From the IMG/VR virus record IMGVR_UViG_3300012231_000002, positions 1-54,551 of that record: DNA of 54,551 nt. One strand, written 5' to 3'. Every line of letters begins with the position of its first letter. Position 1 is the stretch's first letter. The notes under the pieces are model-generated. The model was not told the DNA's origin. It saw nothing but the letters and a program-made list of their open reading frames with translations, and did no database searches. The translations under genes were made by a program, and so were the position numbers. Below are positions 1-9,341 of this stretch, in pieces. This DNA comes from a virus (Duplodnaviria; Caudoviricetes).

Positions 1-123
1 CTCAATACGCCGGAGTTGATGTACGCGGATGTCTTCTCCAAGACGCCTACTGAGTGGGCCGCTCAGTTGGAAGACTGGGAAATCGACAAGCACATGGACG
101 ACTTCATGGCCTTGTCCCGCCAG
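1..123. repeat. Terminal direct repeat, copy 1 (circular assembly overlap)
   Basis: ctcaatacgcc...tgtcccgccag is identical to 54429-54551 and falls inside a continuous reading frame. Confidence 0.97.
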
Positions 124-1710
124 CGTCCCGCCCGTGGCGACTATGCCAGCGCCAAGGCGTACAACGCCGCCGTGGAGGAGTGGGAGCACCAGAAGACTCT
201 GTTCCTTCAGGCCCACCCACAGGTCGCTGCGAGACTTGCGTCTGGACGCAATCAACTCGACTACGTGCGCGACCAGATGCAGGCCGAGTGGGATACGATC
301 CTGAAGAGGATCGCCAAGCGGAACGAGGCCATCGAGGCTGCGAAGTCCGTGATCGCTGAGGCTGGCCGGAACTCCAAGGCTGGGCGGAAGGCGCAGGATT
401 ATCTCGATCGCGCCTACCTGATGAACGAACTGGACTACTCGCTGCTGGAACGCGACTACGCGGCGGTGTACTTCACGCAGGACGACCTCGATTACATGGC
501 CGGTGGTGGCTCGACGCTCCTCCGTCGTGCAACCGTGCTGCTGGACTTCGATGCTACACGGATGGAGAAGGCGATCCGCGAGGGTAGGCTGGACGAGTTT
601 CTCCGCAAGGAAGAGTACGGGCGTGCTATTCGTGCGGCGATTCTCTATGCCAAGGGGGGCGATCCCTTCGGCGCGTTCGATGGCAAGCGGTGGGCTGCGT
701 ACATGGCTGCGCACCCCGACCTTCAGAAGCAGTATTTCGGTAAGAACCCCCAGACGGAGAAGGACTTCGTTAACGGGTCGAGGTACTTCTTTGGCATCAC
801 TGCGCTCTGGAAGAAGGCCGGGAATGACCCCGCCAAGTGGGTTCGCCTGTTGAAGCAGGACCCGTGGCTGATGCGCGAGTACTTCCGGCGCAATCCCGGC
901 AAGCGTGAGCAGTGGGCCCGGACCGACGCCTATATCAAGCACATTTCCGTGTGGGGCAAGTTGATCGGCGCTGAGCGGTTTGACGAGGCCAATGACGTGT
1001 GGGACAACCTCCCGCAGTGGGTCAAGGACGAGTACTACAAGAAGCATCCTGAGCGTCGCAAGGCTTCGGCTCAGACCGCCCAGTACCTTGGGTACATGGA
1101 TAAGTGGGTCAAGCTGTTCGACAAGAGCGAGACCGAGGCGATGGCGTACTTCAACTCTCTGCCCAAGTGGGCCAAGGAGCGGTACTTCGAGAAGCATCCT
1201 GACAAGCGGGCGAAGTTCGGGCTGGATGCCAAGCACTCCACGGAGTTGATCGAGTACTTCGCTGGGAACAAGGAGGATCGCGCCGCCTACCTGAAGGCCC
1301 ACCCCGGACTGGCGGAATGGCTGGCGAAGAACTCTCCCGCCAAGGCCAGCGAGCGGTACGCCATCCTTGCTGCGTACTCGGCGATTCCGAAGGGTGAGGC
1401 GTGGCTGCGGCGCGTGTACAGGGAGAAGTACCCTGAAATCTTCGGGCAGGAGGCCAAGGGCGAGGCTCGCCTGAAGTCGGTCTATGACTCTCTGTCTCGC
1501 CACCCCTCCGTTCTGCCCGAGTTCGAACAGTGGGTGAAGGTCATCCAAGAGACCTATGTGGAGATGCTGAAGCACGCTCCGCGTCCTGCGAACTCGTACA
1601 TTCAGATGGTCCGCGATGTGCCGGATCGTTTCCGAAAGCCTTCTCTTTCCGCTGAAGAGGCGGCTAAATACTCTCGCGTACATTCGTACTCGACCCGAAA
1701 TCCGTCGTAA
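1..1710 (+). CDS. Giant protein, C-terminal part (helical W..LP.W...Y..KHP-type repeats)
   Basis: ORF 16..1710 is open from base 1 and in frame with the 47949 ORF via the terminal repeat. Confidence 0.85.
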   Translation, partial: LNTPELMYADVFSKTPTEWAAQLEDWEIDKHMDDFMALSRQRPARGDYASAKAYNAAVEEWEHQKTLFLQAHPQVAARLASGRNQLDYVRDQMQAEWDTILKRIAKRNEAIEAAKSVIAEAGRNSKAGRKAQDYLDRAYLMNELDYSLLERDYAAVYFTQDDLDYMAGGGSTLLRRATVLLDFDATRMEKAIREGRLDEFLRKEEYGRAIRAAILYAKGGDPFGAFDGKRWAAYMAAHPDLQKQYFGKNPQTEKDFVNGSRYFFGITALWKKAGNDPAKWVRLLKQDPWLMREYFRRNPGKREQWARTDAYIKHISVWGKLIGAERFDEANDVWDNLPQWVKDEYYKKHPERRKASAQTAQYLGYMDKWVKLFDKSETEAMAYFNSLPKWAKERYFEKHPDKRAKFGLDAKHSTELIEYFAGNKEDRAAYLKAHPGLAEWLAKNSPAKASERYAILAAYSAIPKGEAWLRRVYREKYPEIFGQEAKGEARLKSVYDSLSRHPSVLPEFEQWVKVIQETYVEMLKHAPRPANSYIQMVRDVPDRFRKPSLSAEEAAKYSRVHSYSTRNPS

Positions 1711-1713
1711 TGC

Positions 1714-1742
1714 TTGCAATGGAGATATTTGTGCGCTACGTT
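1714..1742 (+). promoter_or_regulatory. Putative sigma70-type promoter for the head genes
   Basis: TTGCAA-17 bp-TACGTT just after the giant gene stop. Confidence 0.4.
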
Positions 1743-1746
1743 TGGA

Positions 1747-2025
1747 ATGATGAACGGAACGTCTGTTCGTTACAAGGTTTTTCTAACAGGGAGAGACTGG
1801 GCCGTGCCGGAAGATAGCGAGAGCTTGAATTCACACGGTTTCCGACCTGACTATGACTCGGGTCCTCATCTCACGCTGATGGCAGCGGCGGTGAGACTCG
1901 CACGTCAGGACATGTCGAACCCGCTCTACTTGGCGGAATGTCGGTCGTTTTTGACCGGTGACCTAGTAACTCTTTTCGCCGAGTGCCTCGGATATGAAGG
2001 GAGCTTCCTAGATGCCCGGTCCTAA
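1747..2025 (+). CDS. Hypothetical protein
   Basis: Fills the gap before the scaffold gene; protein-like helical sequence. Confidence 0.5.
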   Translation: MMNGTSVRYKVFLTGRDWAVPEDSESLNSHGFRPDYDSGPHLTLMAAAVRLARQDMSNPLYLAECRSFLTGDLVTLFAECLGYEGSFLDARS

Positions 2026-2566
2026 CGAAACTGACAACGAGCTTGACGGAACTGAAGAGGAATCGACTGAAGAGACTGAAGACACTGGCGAGACCAGCGA
2101 GTCTACAGAGGAAGCAGGCGACGACTCGAAGGACACCGACAAGTCCGAAAAGCGTATTCGGGACCTTCAGAGCAAGGCCGATGCTGCGGAGGCGAGAGCC
2201 AACAGGGCAGAGGCGGCGCTGAAGTCCAAGAGCGCGGATAAGGGAAATAGTGGGGCTGATCCAGCCACACAGGCGTTGATGCAAGAAGTTCGGGAAGCGT
2301 CTTTGGACGCTATCTATGGGGAGTTTCCCCAGTTGAAGCAGTACGGCATTGACAGGTCTCTTATCGAGGGAAGTACTCGGGCGGAACTACGCTCGAATGC
2401 GAACTCTCTTGTTGGACTCATCAAGTCCGTTAGTACGAAGGTGCGGAACGAGACGCTGGCTGAGCATGGGCTTTCTGCCCCGGCCTCTGGCTCTACTCGA
2501 AAGCCGCCCGTCGATTACGGCTCGATGCCAGATGCAGACTTCCTGAAGCTGCTTAACGAGATGTAA
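2012..2566 (+). CDS. Capsid scaffolding protein
   Basis: Acidic N-terminus, coiled coil, directly upstream of the MCP. Confidence 0.75.
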   Translation: MPGPNETDNELDGTEEESTEETEDTGETSESTEEAGDDSKDTDKSEKRIRDLQSKADAAEARANRAEAALKSKSADKGNSGADPATQALMQEVREASLDAIYGEFPQLKQYGIDRSLIEGSTRAELRSNANSLVGLIKSVSTKVRNETLAEHGLSAPASGSTRKPPVDYGSMPDADFLKLLNEM

Positions 2567-2605
2567 CTCGGATAGAGCAGCCGAAAGTAGAGAAAGGATA
2601 AACTA

Positions 2606-3556
2606 ATGGCTCTTCAGACGACCGCATCGGCGGGTCTGACGGCGGAAATGAAGACGTTCTATGACAAGCAGCTTCTTCTCCGCACGACTCCGACGCTGCT
2701 CTATGCAAACTTCGCCCAGAAGAAGCGCATCCCCGAGCACGGTGGGCGTATCATCGAGTTCCGCAAGTTCCTTGGACTTGCTGTCGCGACGACCCCACTG
2801 ACTGAGGGCGCGCTCTTTACCAACCTCAAAGACCTGACGGTCACCAGCACGACTGCCACTGTTGCGCAGTACGGCGATGCTGTCGGGTTCTCGGACATTG
2901 TTTCGACCACGACTATCGACCCGCTCCTGAAGGAGACGACCGATATCTTGGCTGAGCAGGCCTCCGAGACGATTGACGAACTGATCCGTGACACCGTTAC
3001 GGCAGGGACGACCATCTTCTACAGCACGGTGTCGGTCAACACGGTCCGTACGGACCTTCTGGCGACTGACATTATCACGACCGCTGATGTCGCGAACATC
3101 GCGATGCAGATGCGTCTCAACCGCGCGCGCAAGATCAATGGCGCGTGGCAGGCGATTACGCATCCTCGGGTCATCTTTGACCTGATGCGCACGACTGAGT
3201 GGCGTGAAGCTCAGAACTATCATCAGACTGGCCGCATCTTCGACGGCTCCGTTGGTGAACTCTACGGAGTTCGCTTCTGGGAGACGGACAAGGCCAAGGT
3301 CTTCCCTGACCTCGGTGCCGGTGGCACGGTCGATGTCTATACGGTCATGGTGTTCGGTGCCGATGCGTTCGGGATCGTGGACCTTGCCGGTCACAATCTT
3401 CAGACGGTTTTCAAGCCTCTGGGGAGCGCGGGTACTGCTGACCCTCTGAATCAGCAGTCCAGCATGGGCTGGAAGGTGACCTTCGGGGTCAAGCGGCTTC
3501 AGGAGCCCTTCATGCTTCGGTATGAGTGCGCCACCAGCACGGGTGCGAATACCTAA
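2606..3556 (+). CDS. Major capsid protein, N4-gp56 family
   Basis: TFYDKQLL, IPEHGGRIIEFRK, PLTEG, QYGD, G.vGELYGVRF, GTADPLNQ..SMGWK motifs; RBS AAGGA. Confidence 0.92.
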   Translation: MALQTTASAGLTAEMKTFYDKQLLLRTTPTLLYANFAQKKRIPEHGGRIIEFRKFLGLAVATTPLTEGALFTNLKDLTVTSTTATVAQYGDAVGFSDIVSTTTIDPLLKETTDILAEQASETIDELIRDTVTAGTTIFYSTVSVNTVRTDLLATDIITTADVANIAMQMRLNRARKINGAWQAITHPRVIFDLMRTTEWREAQNYHQTGRIFDGSVGELYGVRFWETDKAKVFPDLGAGGTVDVYTVMVFGADAFGIVDLAGHNLQTVFKPLGSAGTADPLNQQSSMGWKVTFGVKRLQEPFMLRYECATSTGANT

Positions 3557-3564
3557 GCCGGATA

Positions 3565-3590
3565 GCGGGGGAGCCTTCGGGCTCCCTCGC
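3565..3590 (+). terminator. Stem-loop after MCP (C-UUCG-G tetraloop; terminator or stability hairpin)
   Basis: gcgggggagcc-ttcg-ggctccctcgc; no U-tract. Confidence 0.5.
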
Positions 3591-3623
3591 CCCGGTGCGG
3601 TATAGCACAGAAAGGAACAAGAA

Positions 3624-4082
3624 ATGGCTGCAAATTCCAATTCTGTTCTTGCGGAGTCGCTGTACTTCGTTGAGAACGGAGCTGGTACTTATACGGGGAC
3701 TGTTGTCATCCCGGCTGGTGCCACGCTTATCGACGTTATCGTTCATGCCGACGCTCTTTGGACTGCCGGTACCTCCGCGACGCTCATCGTGGGTGACACG
3801 GTGGACGATGACGGCATCTATACTGCTGTTGACTTGAAGGCGACTGACCTTCTGGCTGCCGAGTCCCTCTCGATTGCCTTCCCCGCTGGTCAGTTCGGTG
3901 CTGACGTTGTTGTGGACTATACGTCCGTGGCAACGATTGGTGCCTCGTATGTCAAGCGGCGTCAGCTTTCTACTGAGCGCACGTTGCAGGCGAAGGTGAC
4001 TTCGGTTGGTGCCGGTACTGCCGGTCGAACTCGCGTTACGTTCATCTACGCCCCGCTCGCTCAGACCGTCATCACTCAGTAA
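3624..4082 (+). CDS. Capsid decoration/cement-like virion protein
   Basis: Follows MCP; IPAGA.LIDVIV...TLIVGD..DDDG beta-rich pattern typical of post-MCP accessory proteins. Confidence 0.6.
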   Translation: MAANSNSVLAESLYFVENGAGTYTGTVVIPAGATLIDVIVHADALWTAGTSATLIVGDTVDDDGIYTAVDLKATDLLAAESLSIAFPAGQFGADVVVDYTSVATIGASYVKRRQLSTERTLQAKVTSVGAGTAGRTRVTFIYAPLAQTVITQ

Positions 4083-4091
4083 GTCGGGTCA

Positions 4092-4122
4092 CTGGGGGAG
4101 GGGCTGCAAATCCCTCCCCCAG
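4092..4122 (+). terminator. GC-rich stem-loop
   Basis: ctgggggaggg...ccctcccccag inverted repeat. Confidence 0.45.
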
Positions 4123-4144
4123 CCTCGCATCTGAAAGGAAAGAA

Positions 4145-4411
4145 ATGGCTCCTACAAAGATCGCCGATACTGAGACTCCTGTTCCGAAGACGTTGGATCA
4201 GGTCTCTCTTGAACTGACCGCCGCTCGCCAGAGTATGATCGACAACATGCGCGATCACTACAAGGGTATGAAGCGTGTTCGAGTGAAGGTTCGTAACGAT
4301 GGCGACGTGCCTGTTCAGGTGAACGGGTATACCTTCATTATCCAGTGCAACGTTGACGTTGATGTTCCTGAGGAAATCGCGAACATTCTACGTGAGGCCG
4401 ACTACATCTAA
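4145..4411 (+). CDS. Hypothetical protein (conserved small protein following N4-like MCPs)
   Basis: RBS AAGGA; VPVQVNGYTFII...VDVPEEIANIL motif. Confidence 0.7.
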   Translation: MAPTKIADTETPVPKTLDQVSLELTAARQSMIDNMRDHYKGMKRVRVKVRNDGDVPVQVNGYTFIIQCNVDVDVPEEIANILREADYI

Positions 4412-4442
4412 TCTTCTGTAGAACCCCAGAGCAGAATGGAGA

Positions 4443-4922
4443 ATGAATATGTCAGCAGCAGATGATCCGAACTTGGCGTCTGCTCGCCCCGGAACCACTG
4501 CTGACCTCTCGCGTCGGATGGATCGTATGGAAGTCTCCCATGAGGTTCTTGCCAAAGAAGTCGCCGGGTTGACTACTACTATCGCGCGCGTTGAGTTGAA
4601 CCAGAATCACGCCGAAGAGGTCAACAAACTACGGTTCGACTCGATCGCTCTTGGCCTCTCGACGCTAGAGTCGAAGGTAACTACGTTCATTACTCGGATC
4701 GAGTCCATTATTGACGGGTCCGCGTCCACCGCGCAGTCTCGCGCTGGCGAGCAAATGGTCAAGGACTATCGGTTGTGGCGGGATTCCGTGGAAGTTAGAC
4801 TGGATGAAGCAGATACGCTTGCCATTCAACTCCGGTTTCTCTCGCGAATCATTGTGGCGTTGACGGGTGGATCGTTGATTGCGACCGCATGTGCGGTTTA
4901 TGTGGCGTTCTTCAAGGGTTAG
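4443..4922 (+). CDS. Coiled-coil membrane protein (C-terminal TM; holin-like candidate)
   Basis: Heptad pattern followed by a hydrophobic C-terminal helix. Confidence 0.55.
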   Translation: MNMSAADDPNLASARPGTTADLSRRMDRMEVSHEVLAKEVAGLTTTIARVELNQNHAEEVNKLRFDSIALGLSTLESKVTTFITRIESIIDGSASTAQSRAGEQMVKDYRLWRDSVEVRLDEADTLAIQLRFLSRIIVALTGGSLIATACAVYVAFFKG

Positions 4923-4931
4923 GAGTTCAAG

Positions 4932-5579
4932 ATGGCGTTTGTTTCTGAACTCTTTGACGCACTGCGGGATTTGACGAACGACGCTGCTGATACTCAGGTT
5001 CCCTTTGCGACCAAGAAACTCTATATCAACAATGGCATTCGGCGCATGTGGCCTCAGGTTTGGCGCGTTCAAGAGGAAGCCCTTGTTCTGAACACTGCTC
5101 GCGATTACCCGCTCTCGGCCGCTACCTCGGCTGGTCATATTTTGTCTGTTAGGATTGAGACCGGTGACGTGACTGCTGAGTATGTTCCGTTCAGCGAGTA
5201 CTATATCGCTCAGGGTGATGAGGATACGGTGGCCAGTATCCTGACCCTGACCGGTCCCCTTCCCACGCCACTCGGCCTGCGACTAAAGGTTCGTTATGCC
5301 GCCACTGTTCCCCTGATCGCCGCTGCGTCCTATGCCGCCTCCCAGTCTGAGACGTGGACCGGCCCCGATCGCGCCATGGCGATTCCTGTGTACTATGCCA
5401 TGGCCATGATCGCCGCCCGGAAGATTGATGATCGACAGGACACGCTGAGGTACTCTACTACTCAGGCTACCAACGGCGTGGAGGATCAGGACGTGATGTC
5501 GGCATCTCAGATGTGGATGGGTCAGTTCGAACTGGAACTGGCTTCCTTGGACCGGCCGCTCCCGATTTCGCAGGACTGA
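4932..5579 (+). CDS. Head-tail adaptor / tail tubular protein A-like
   Basis: RBS AGGAG; helical N-terminus (LYINNGIRRMW), beta middle, position in the virion cluster. Confidence 0.65.
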   Translation: MAFVSELFDALRDLTNDAADTQVPFATKKLYINNGIRRMWPQVWRVQEEALVLNTARDYPLSAATSAGHILSVRIETGDVTAEYVPFSEYYIAQGDEDTVASILTLTGPLPTPLGLRLKVRYAATVPLIAAASYAASQSETWTGPDRAMAIPVYYAMAMIAARKIDDRQDTLRYSTTQATNGVEDQDVMSASQMWMGQFELELASLDRPLPISQD

Positions 5580-5580
5580 C

Positions 5581-7548
5581 ATGACTGTCGGCACCACCAC
5601 CCACCTGTCGCTCGGTGGGCATGAGTACTTGGTTCGTCCGGGGTCCTACATCAAGCGTCAGGCCCCTCAGTTCGGGGCGCGGTTCACGACCGGCGATCCA
5701 GACTTCAACAACCTGTCCTTCTGGCAGCACTGGGCGCAGCAGTGCTTCGTGGGTGGCGTTGACCAAGACCTGTTCGCTGACGATGCCATGTATGACGAGG
5801 GCGTCGGCGTTGATACGACTCAGCACGAACAGGTCACTCTCTCGCGTGATATGACCCGTGGGACTGGCGCTAACTGGACTGTCTCTGCTGGGACCGCTAA
5901 TGCTTCGCAGTTCAGGACGTGTATCTACAATAACAAACTGTATGTTCTCGGTTTGGCCAGCGGCGGCAGCGGCTCGCATCTCTACGAGTACACTCCCGGC
6001 AGCGATGGCTGGACCCGGATCACCACGCTCGACGCTAAGAACATGGATGGTTTCTCTATTGGCACGTTCGGTGGCAGGCTGTATATCGGCGGGTTGACGT
6101 TTGCCGGGGTGTCTTACTTGATCTACTCGTCCGGTGCCTTCGGAACTTGGACGACCGTGGCCAACCCCGCTGGCGTCGGTGGTAATGCGGTCAATGCCAT
6201 GCGGACCTTCCAGCAGAAGTTCTACGTTGCCTTCGGTGCGTTTATCTGGCGACTGAAGACGGACAATACTTGGGATGGGAATACGGTCTTCTACACCGCC
6301 CATATGAATTCCGAGTCGAATTTCATCATCTCACTAGAGACCCACCTTGGCTTCCTGTACATGCTGTCGTATAACGGCCACGTGCACAGGACTGATGGTA
6401 ATACGACGTTCGACATCTGGTCTTGGGATGGTGGGACTCAGGGTGTTGCCATCAAGTCGTTCGATGGGCGTCTCTTTGTTCTGACGTTCGAGTATACCGG
6501 CACGGCCTCGGTTGGTCAGGGTGTGTTGTACCAGATGTCTGGTTCTGCCGTTACTCAGTTGAAGCGGTGGGGCGACATCAACCGTGCTACCTACATCGGA
6601 GATATGGTCGTCTACGATCGACGCCTCTGGTATGGTGCGTCCAATTTGCTGGGTTTTGGTCGTACGGCCAACGTGGAGGGCTTTGGCGTTGCGACCTACG
6701 ATCCCATCGAGGATGCCCACAGCATCTTGGCTGTGTCCAATGATACGGTGGCCTACTCCAAGGGCTCTGCACCATACACGAATTACATCGTTGACTCTGT
6801 GATCTTCTTCGGTGGGTATATGTTCATGGCCGTGCGCGGGCACGGCATGTTCAAGACTCCGTACGGCCCACACGACAAGACCTATAATCCCGGCAGCATT
6901 GGTGCCCACTTCAATATCTCTTCGGCTGGTGCCTCTGTTGATCCCCTGAATGGTGGCTGGTTCACCACGTCTACCTATGATGCTGGTACTCCCGGCGTTA
7001 GGAAGATGTGGCGTAAGGTCATCGTGGATGCCGCGATCCCGACGAGCACCAGCATTGTGGTGGAGTACTCCACGAACATCGGCGTCTCGTGGACCGAGTT
7101 GCCGAATATCACTACGGTCTCTTCGCGGGTCAGGACCGAGTTCTGGTTGAACAACATCACGTCGGTCTCGTTCAAGTTGCGGTTCACCCTTCGCTCTACC
7201 AGTGCTACGGTCACTCCGATCTTGTACGGGTTCGTGGTTTCATACCTCCCGATCCCCGAACCGAACTGGCTCTGGACGTTCACCATCGTTCTGTCCGAGC
7301 GCCAGCAGGCGTCCGATGGTTCCCTGCCGGACCTGACTGTCAACACCGAGTCCGAGATGGCCTTCCTCGCGGCGCTGCACAGGTCGAAGCAGTTGACTAC
7401 GTTTACCGACGTTGACGGGGTACAATGGGCTACGGGAGGTAATCCTGGCGTGATGATCTATGACATTGAGTTCAGGGTCAGGGATATGACCCAGCCCTTG
7501 GAGTCGGAAGTTATCGTGACCCTTTTGGAGGCCGTCGAAACATACTAA
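5581..7548 (+). CDS. Tail nozzle / tail tubular protein B-like beta-propeller
   Basis: Repeated blade motifs (YNNKLYV, FGGRLYIG, FQQKFYVA, FDGRLFV, YDRRLWYG); C-terminal RKMWRKV..FKLRFTL. Confidence 0.7.
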   Translation: MTVGTTTHLSLGGHEYLVRPGSYIKRQAPQFGARFTTGDPDFNNLSFWQHWAQQCFVGGVDQDLFADDAMYDEGVGVDTTQHEQVTLSRDMTRGTGANWTVSAGTANASQFRTCIYNNKLYVLGLASGGSGSHLYEYTPGSDGWTRITTLDAKNMDGFSIGTFGGRLYIGGLTFAGVSYLIYSSGAFGTWTTVANPAGVGGNAVNAMRTFQQKFYVAFGAFIWRLKTDNTWDGNTVFYTAHMNSESNFIISLETHLGFLYMLSYNGHVHRTDGNTTFDIWSWDGGTQGVAIKSFDGRLFVLTFEYTGTASVGQGVLYQMSGSAVTQLKRWGDINRATYIGDMVVYDRRLWYGASNLLGFGRTANVEGFGVATYDPIEDAHSILAVSNDTVAYSKGSAPYTNYIVDSVIFFGGYMFMAVRGHGMFKTPYGPHDKTYNPGSIGAHFNISSAGASVDPLNGGWFTTSTYDAGTPGVRKMWRKVIVDAAIPTSTSIVVEYSTNIGVSWTELPNITTVSSRVRTEFWLNNITSVSFKLRFTLRSTSATVTPILYGFVVSYLPIPEPNWLWTFTIVLSERQQASDGSLPDLTVNTESEMAFLAALHRSKQLTTFTDVDGVQWATGGNPGVMIYDIEFRVRDMTQPLESEVIVTLLEAVETY

Positions 7549-7961
7549 TGCCTAATGATCATTCCCTTTATCACCACGGTATGCCTGAGCGTAAGGCAGA
7601 CTGTCATCCAGAACGAAGACACCACGCGCTTGGCAAGTGCCGTAATTGTCATCAACGAGATTTTAGGGCTTCTCGTCCTCCTCGCGATCGTGCCGCCGAG
7701 GGTCGTAAGTGGCGATATGGTCTGACTCCTACTCATTTTGACAATATGCTTTTTCTTCAGGGCGGTCGATGTGACTCTTGTCGCGTTCTTCTTGTTGATG
7801 GTGGTGATGGTCCAGATGGCCTGAACGTAGACCATGACCACTTGACTGGGGTGGTCCGTGGTTTGCTTTGTCGGGCCTGTAATCTTACCATTGGACATGC
7901 TAAGGAAAATGATTTTCGGCTTCAGTCTTGTGCCGATTATCTTAGGAGGGTGAAAATCTGA
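7548..7961 (+). CDS. Recombination endonuclease VII-family (HNH) protein
   Basis: YGLT..F..M...QGGRC..C, VDHDH.TG.VRGLLC..CN..IG. Confidence 0.9.
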   Translation: MPNDHSLYHHGMPERKADCHPERRHHALGKCRNCHQRDFRASRPPRDRAAEGRKWRYGLTPTHFDNMLFLQGGRCDSCRVLLVDGGDGPDGLNVDHDHLTGVVRGLLCRACNLTIGHAKENDFRLQSCADYLRRVKI

Positions 7962-8185
7962 TGCCTGATATCAACAAGGCTTGTTCGGTGGCTAAGTGCC
8001 CTACTCGTGTTGACGAGCGGGCGCTGTCGGCTGCTGGCCTGCTTTTCATCAATACTCAGTGGATTGCTGCGGTCCGTGCTGGTACGACTAGCAAGTGCTT
8101 GCCGCATTACTTGGACCTTGATGCGCCCGCCGCTTATGCCGCCTATATCAAGGGTTCCAGTCGTAGGAATCGCGAGCTGAGCTAA
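7961..8185 (+). CDS. Hypothetical protein
   Basis: Start and stop overlap both neighbours. Confidence 0.55.
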   Translation: MPDINKACSVAKCPTRVDERALSAAGLLFINTQWIAAVRAGTTSKCLPHYLDLDAPAAYAAYIKGSSRRNRELS

Positions 8186-8805
8186 TGCCCCGGACGTATA
8201 TCCGTCGCTCCGGCGAGCGGGTACGTCGGGAGAATGGTCGTACTCGGATCAGGGTCCCCAAGTGGGTGGACCCTTACTGGTATATCCAAGGGTCCAGCAT
8301 CGAGAAGATGGTGATGACCGAGTTCATCCGGCGCGGCATCTATTTCGAGCACACCCCCCAGACCAATCCCCTGCCGTGGGCGCGGTGGATGATCAATGAG
8401 AAGCACCCCGATAAGTGGGAGCCTGACTTCCTGCTGCCCCAGTACAAAATCTGGATCGAGATTCAGGGGGCCTATTTTCACACGCTGCCGGGTCAAATCG
8501 AGACAGATGCACTTCGCTTCGCCTACATCCAGACCGTGGGCTGGCGACCCATTGCGTGGTGGGAGGACGATATCAGGACCCGCCTCCACGAGTTGTTTGA
8601 TGCGGTGCCGGAATTCTATCGCGTCAACCTCGACAAGAATGCTAAACTGATCAAGAAGAGGAGTTCGAAAAATATCGGTGTTCCCTTCTATGAGGGCGGC
8701 ACCGGAGTTGATCACTTGAAAGGTCTTCGAACTGCTCTTCGTAATCGAGCAAGGCCACCTCAGGGGATGGCGAAGCGGTACCAGAAGAAACGGAGACCGA
8801 AGTAA
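8185..8805 (+). CDS. PD-(D/E)XK endonuclease (Vsr/DUF559-like)
   Basis: SSIE...EPDFLL...IWIEIQGAYFH...WWEDDI. Confidence 0.75.
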   Translation: MPRTYIRRSGERVRRENGRTRIRVPKWVDPYWYIQGSSIEKMVMTEFIRRGIYFEHTPQTNPLPWARWMINEKHPDKWEPDFLLPQYKIWIEIQGAYFHTLPGQIETDALRFAYIQTVGWRPIAWWEDDIRTRLHELFDAVPEFYRVNLDKNAKLIKKRSSKNIGVPFYEGGTGVDHLKGLRTALRNRARPPQGMAKRYQKKRRPK

Positions 8806-9299
8806 TGAAACTCCTGAGGTCCGTGGGCCTTTCTGTCCTTCTTGCGGTGCTTTCTGTTACCGGTATTTCTGCGGATACTTTCCCTTGGCGTAGTGCGACT
8901 ACGAGCGACCGGGCTGAGGGCATTCTCCGTTCCCTGATCAAGACTGAACATGCCCGTGTCTGTGCTAATACCCTCTCCGGTGACGCTCGTCTGAAGTGGA
9001 TGGCGAGGTATCGTGCTACTGATATGGTGGTTCGCGGATACTTCTCTCATACCACGCCAGAGGGAAATAAGGTTTGGGACTTCATGCCCGCTGGCGGCAT
9101 TTCCTTCCAGTCTGCGGCAGAGATTCTCGCGTGGAACTCCTACCCTGATGACTATGCCGCTCGGGCCGCGTACAATCAGTTCATGGGATCGTCTGGTCAT
9201 CGCGCTGCCATTCAGTCGTGTGACTACACGCGCCTCGGCGTTGGCGATTACAAGGCTGGTTCCAAGAGGATGTTCGTAGTCTTGTTCACGAGGCCTTAA
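8805..9299 (+). CDS. Secreted CAP/SCP-domain protein
   Basis: Signal peptide; ARYRATDM...YFSH..P, AEILAWN, FMGSSGHRAAI, GVG. Confidence 0.85.
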   Translation: MKLLRSVGLSVLLAVLSVTGISADTFPWRSATTSDRAEGILRSLIKTEHARVCANTLSGDARLKWMARYRATDMVVRGYFSHTTPEGNKVWDFMPAGGISFQSAAEILAWNSYPDDYAARAAYNQFMGSSGHRAAIQSCDYTRLGVGDYKAGSKRMFVVLFTRP

Positions 9300-9341
9300 G
9301 ATGAAGTACCCCAAGCCGACCAAGAAGCGTAAGCCTAGATA

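Noticed and set aside
1-123. 123-bp terminal repeat as a biological DTR
   Set aside because: It lies mid-gene and in frame, so it is best explained as an assembler overlap of a circular or permuted genome
2603-3640. 345-aa minus-strand ORF, and similar ones opposite the terminase and 15303 genes
   Set aside because: Antisense to clearly identified structural genes
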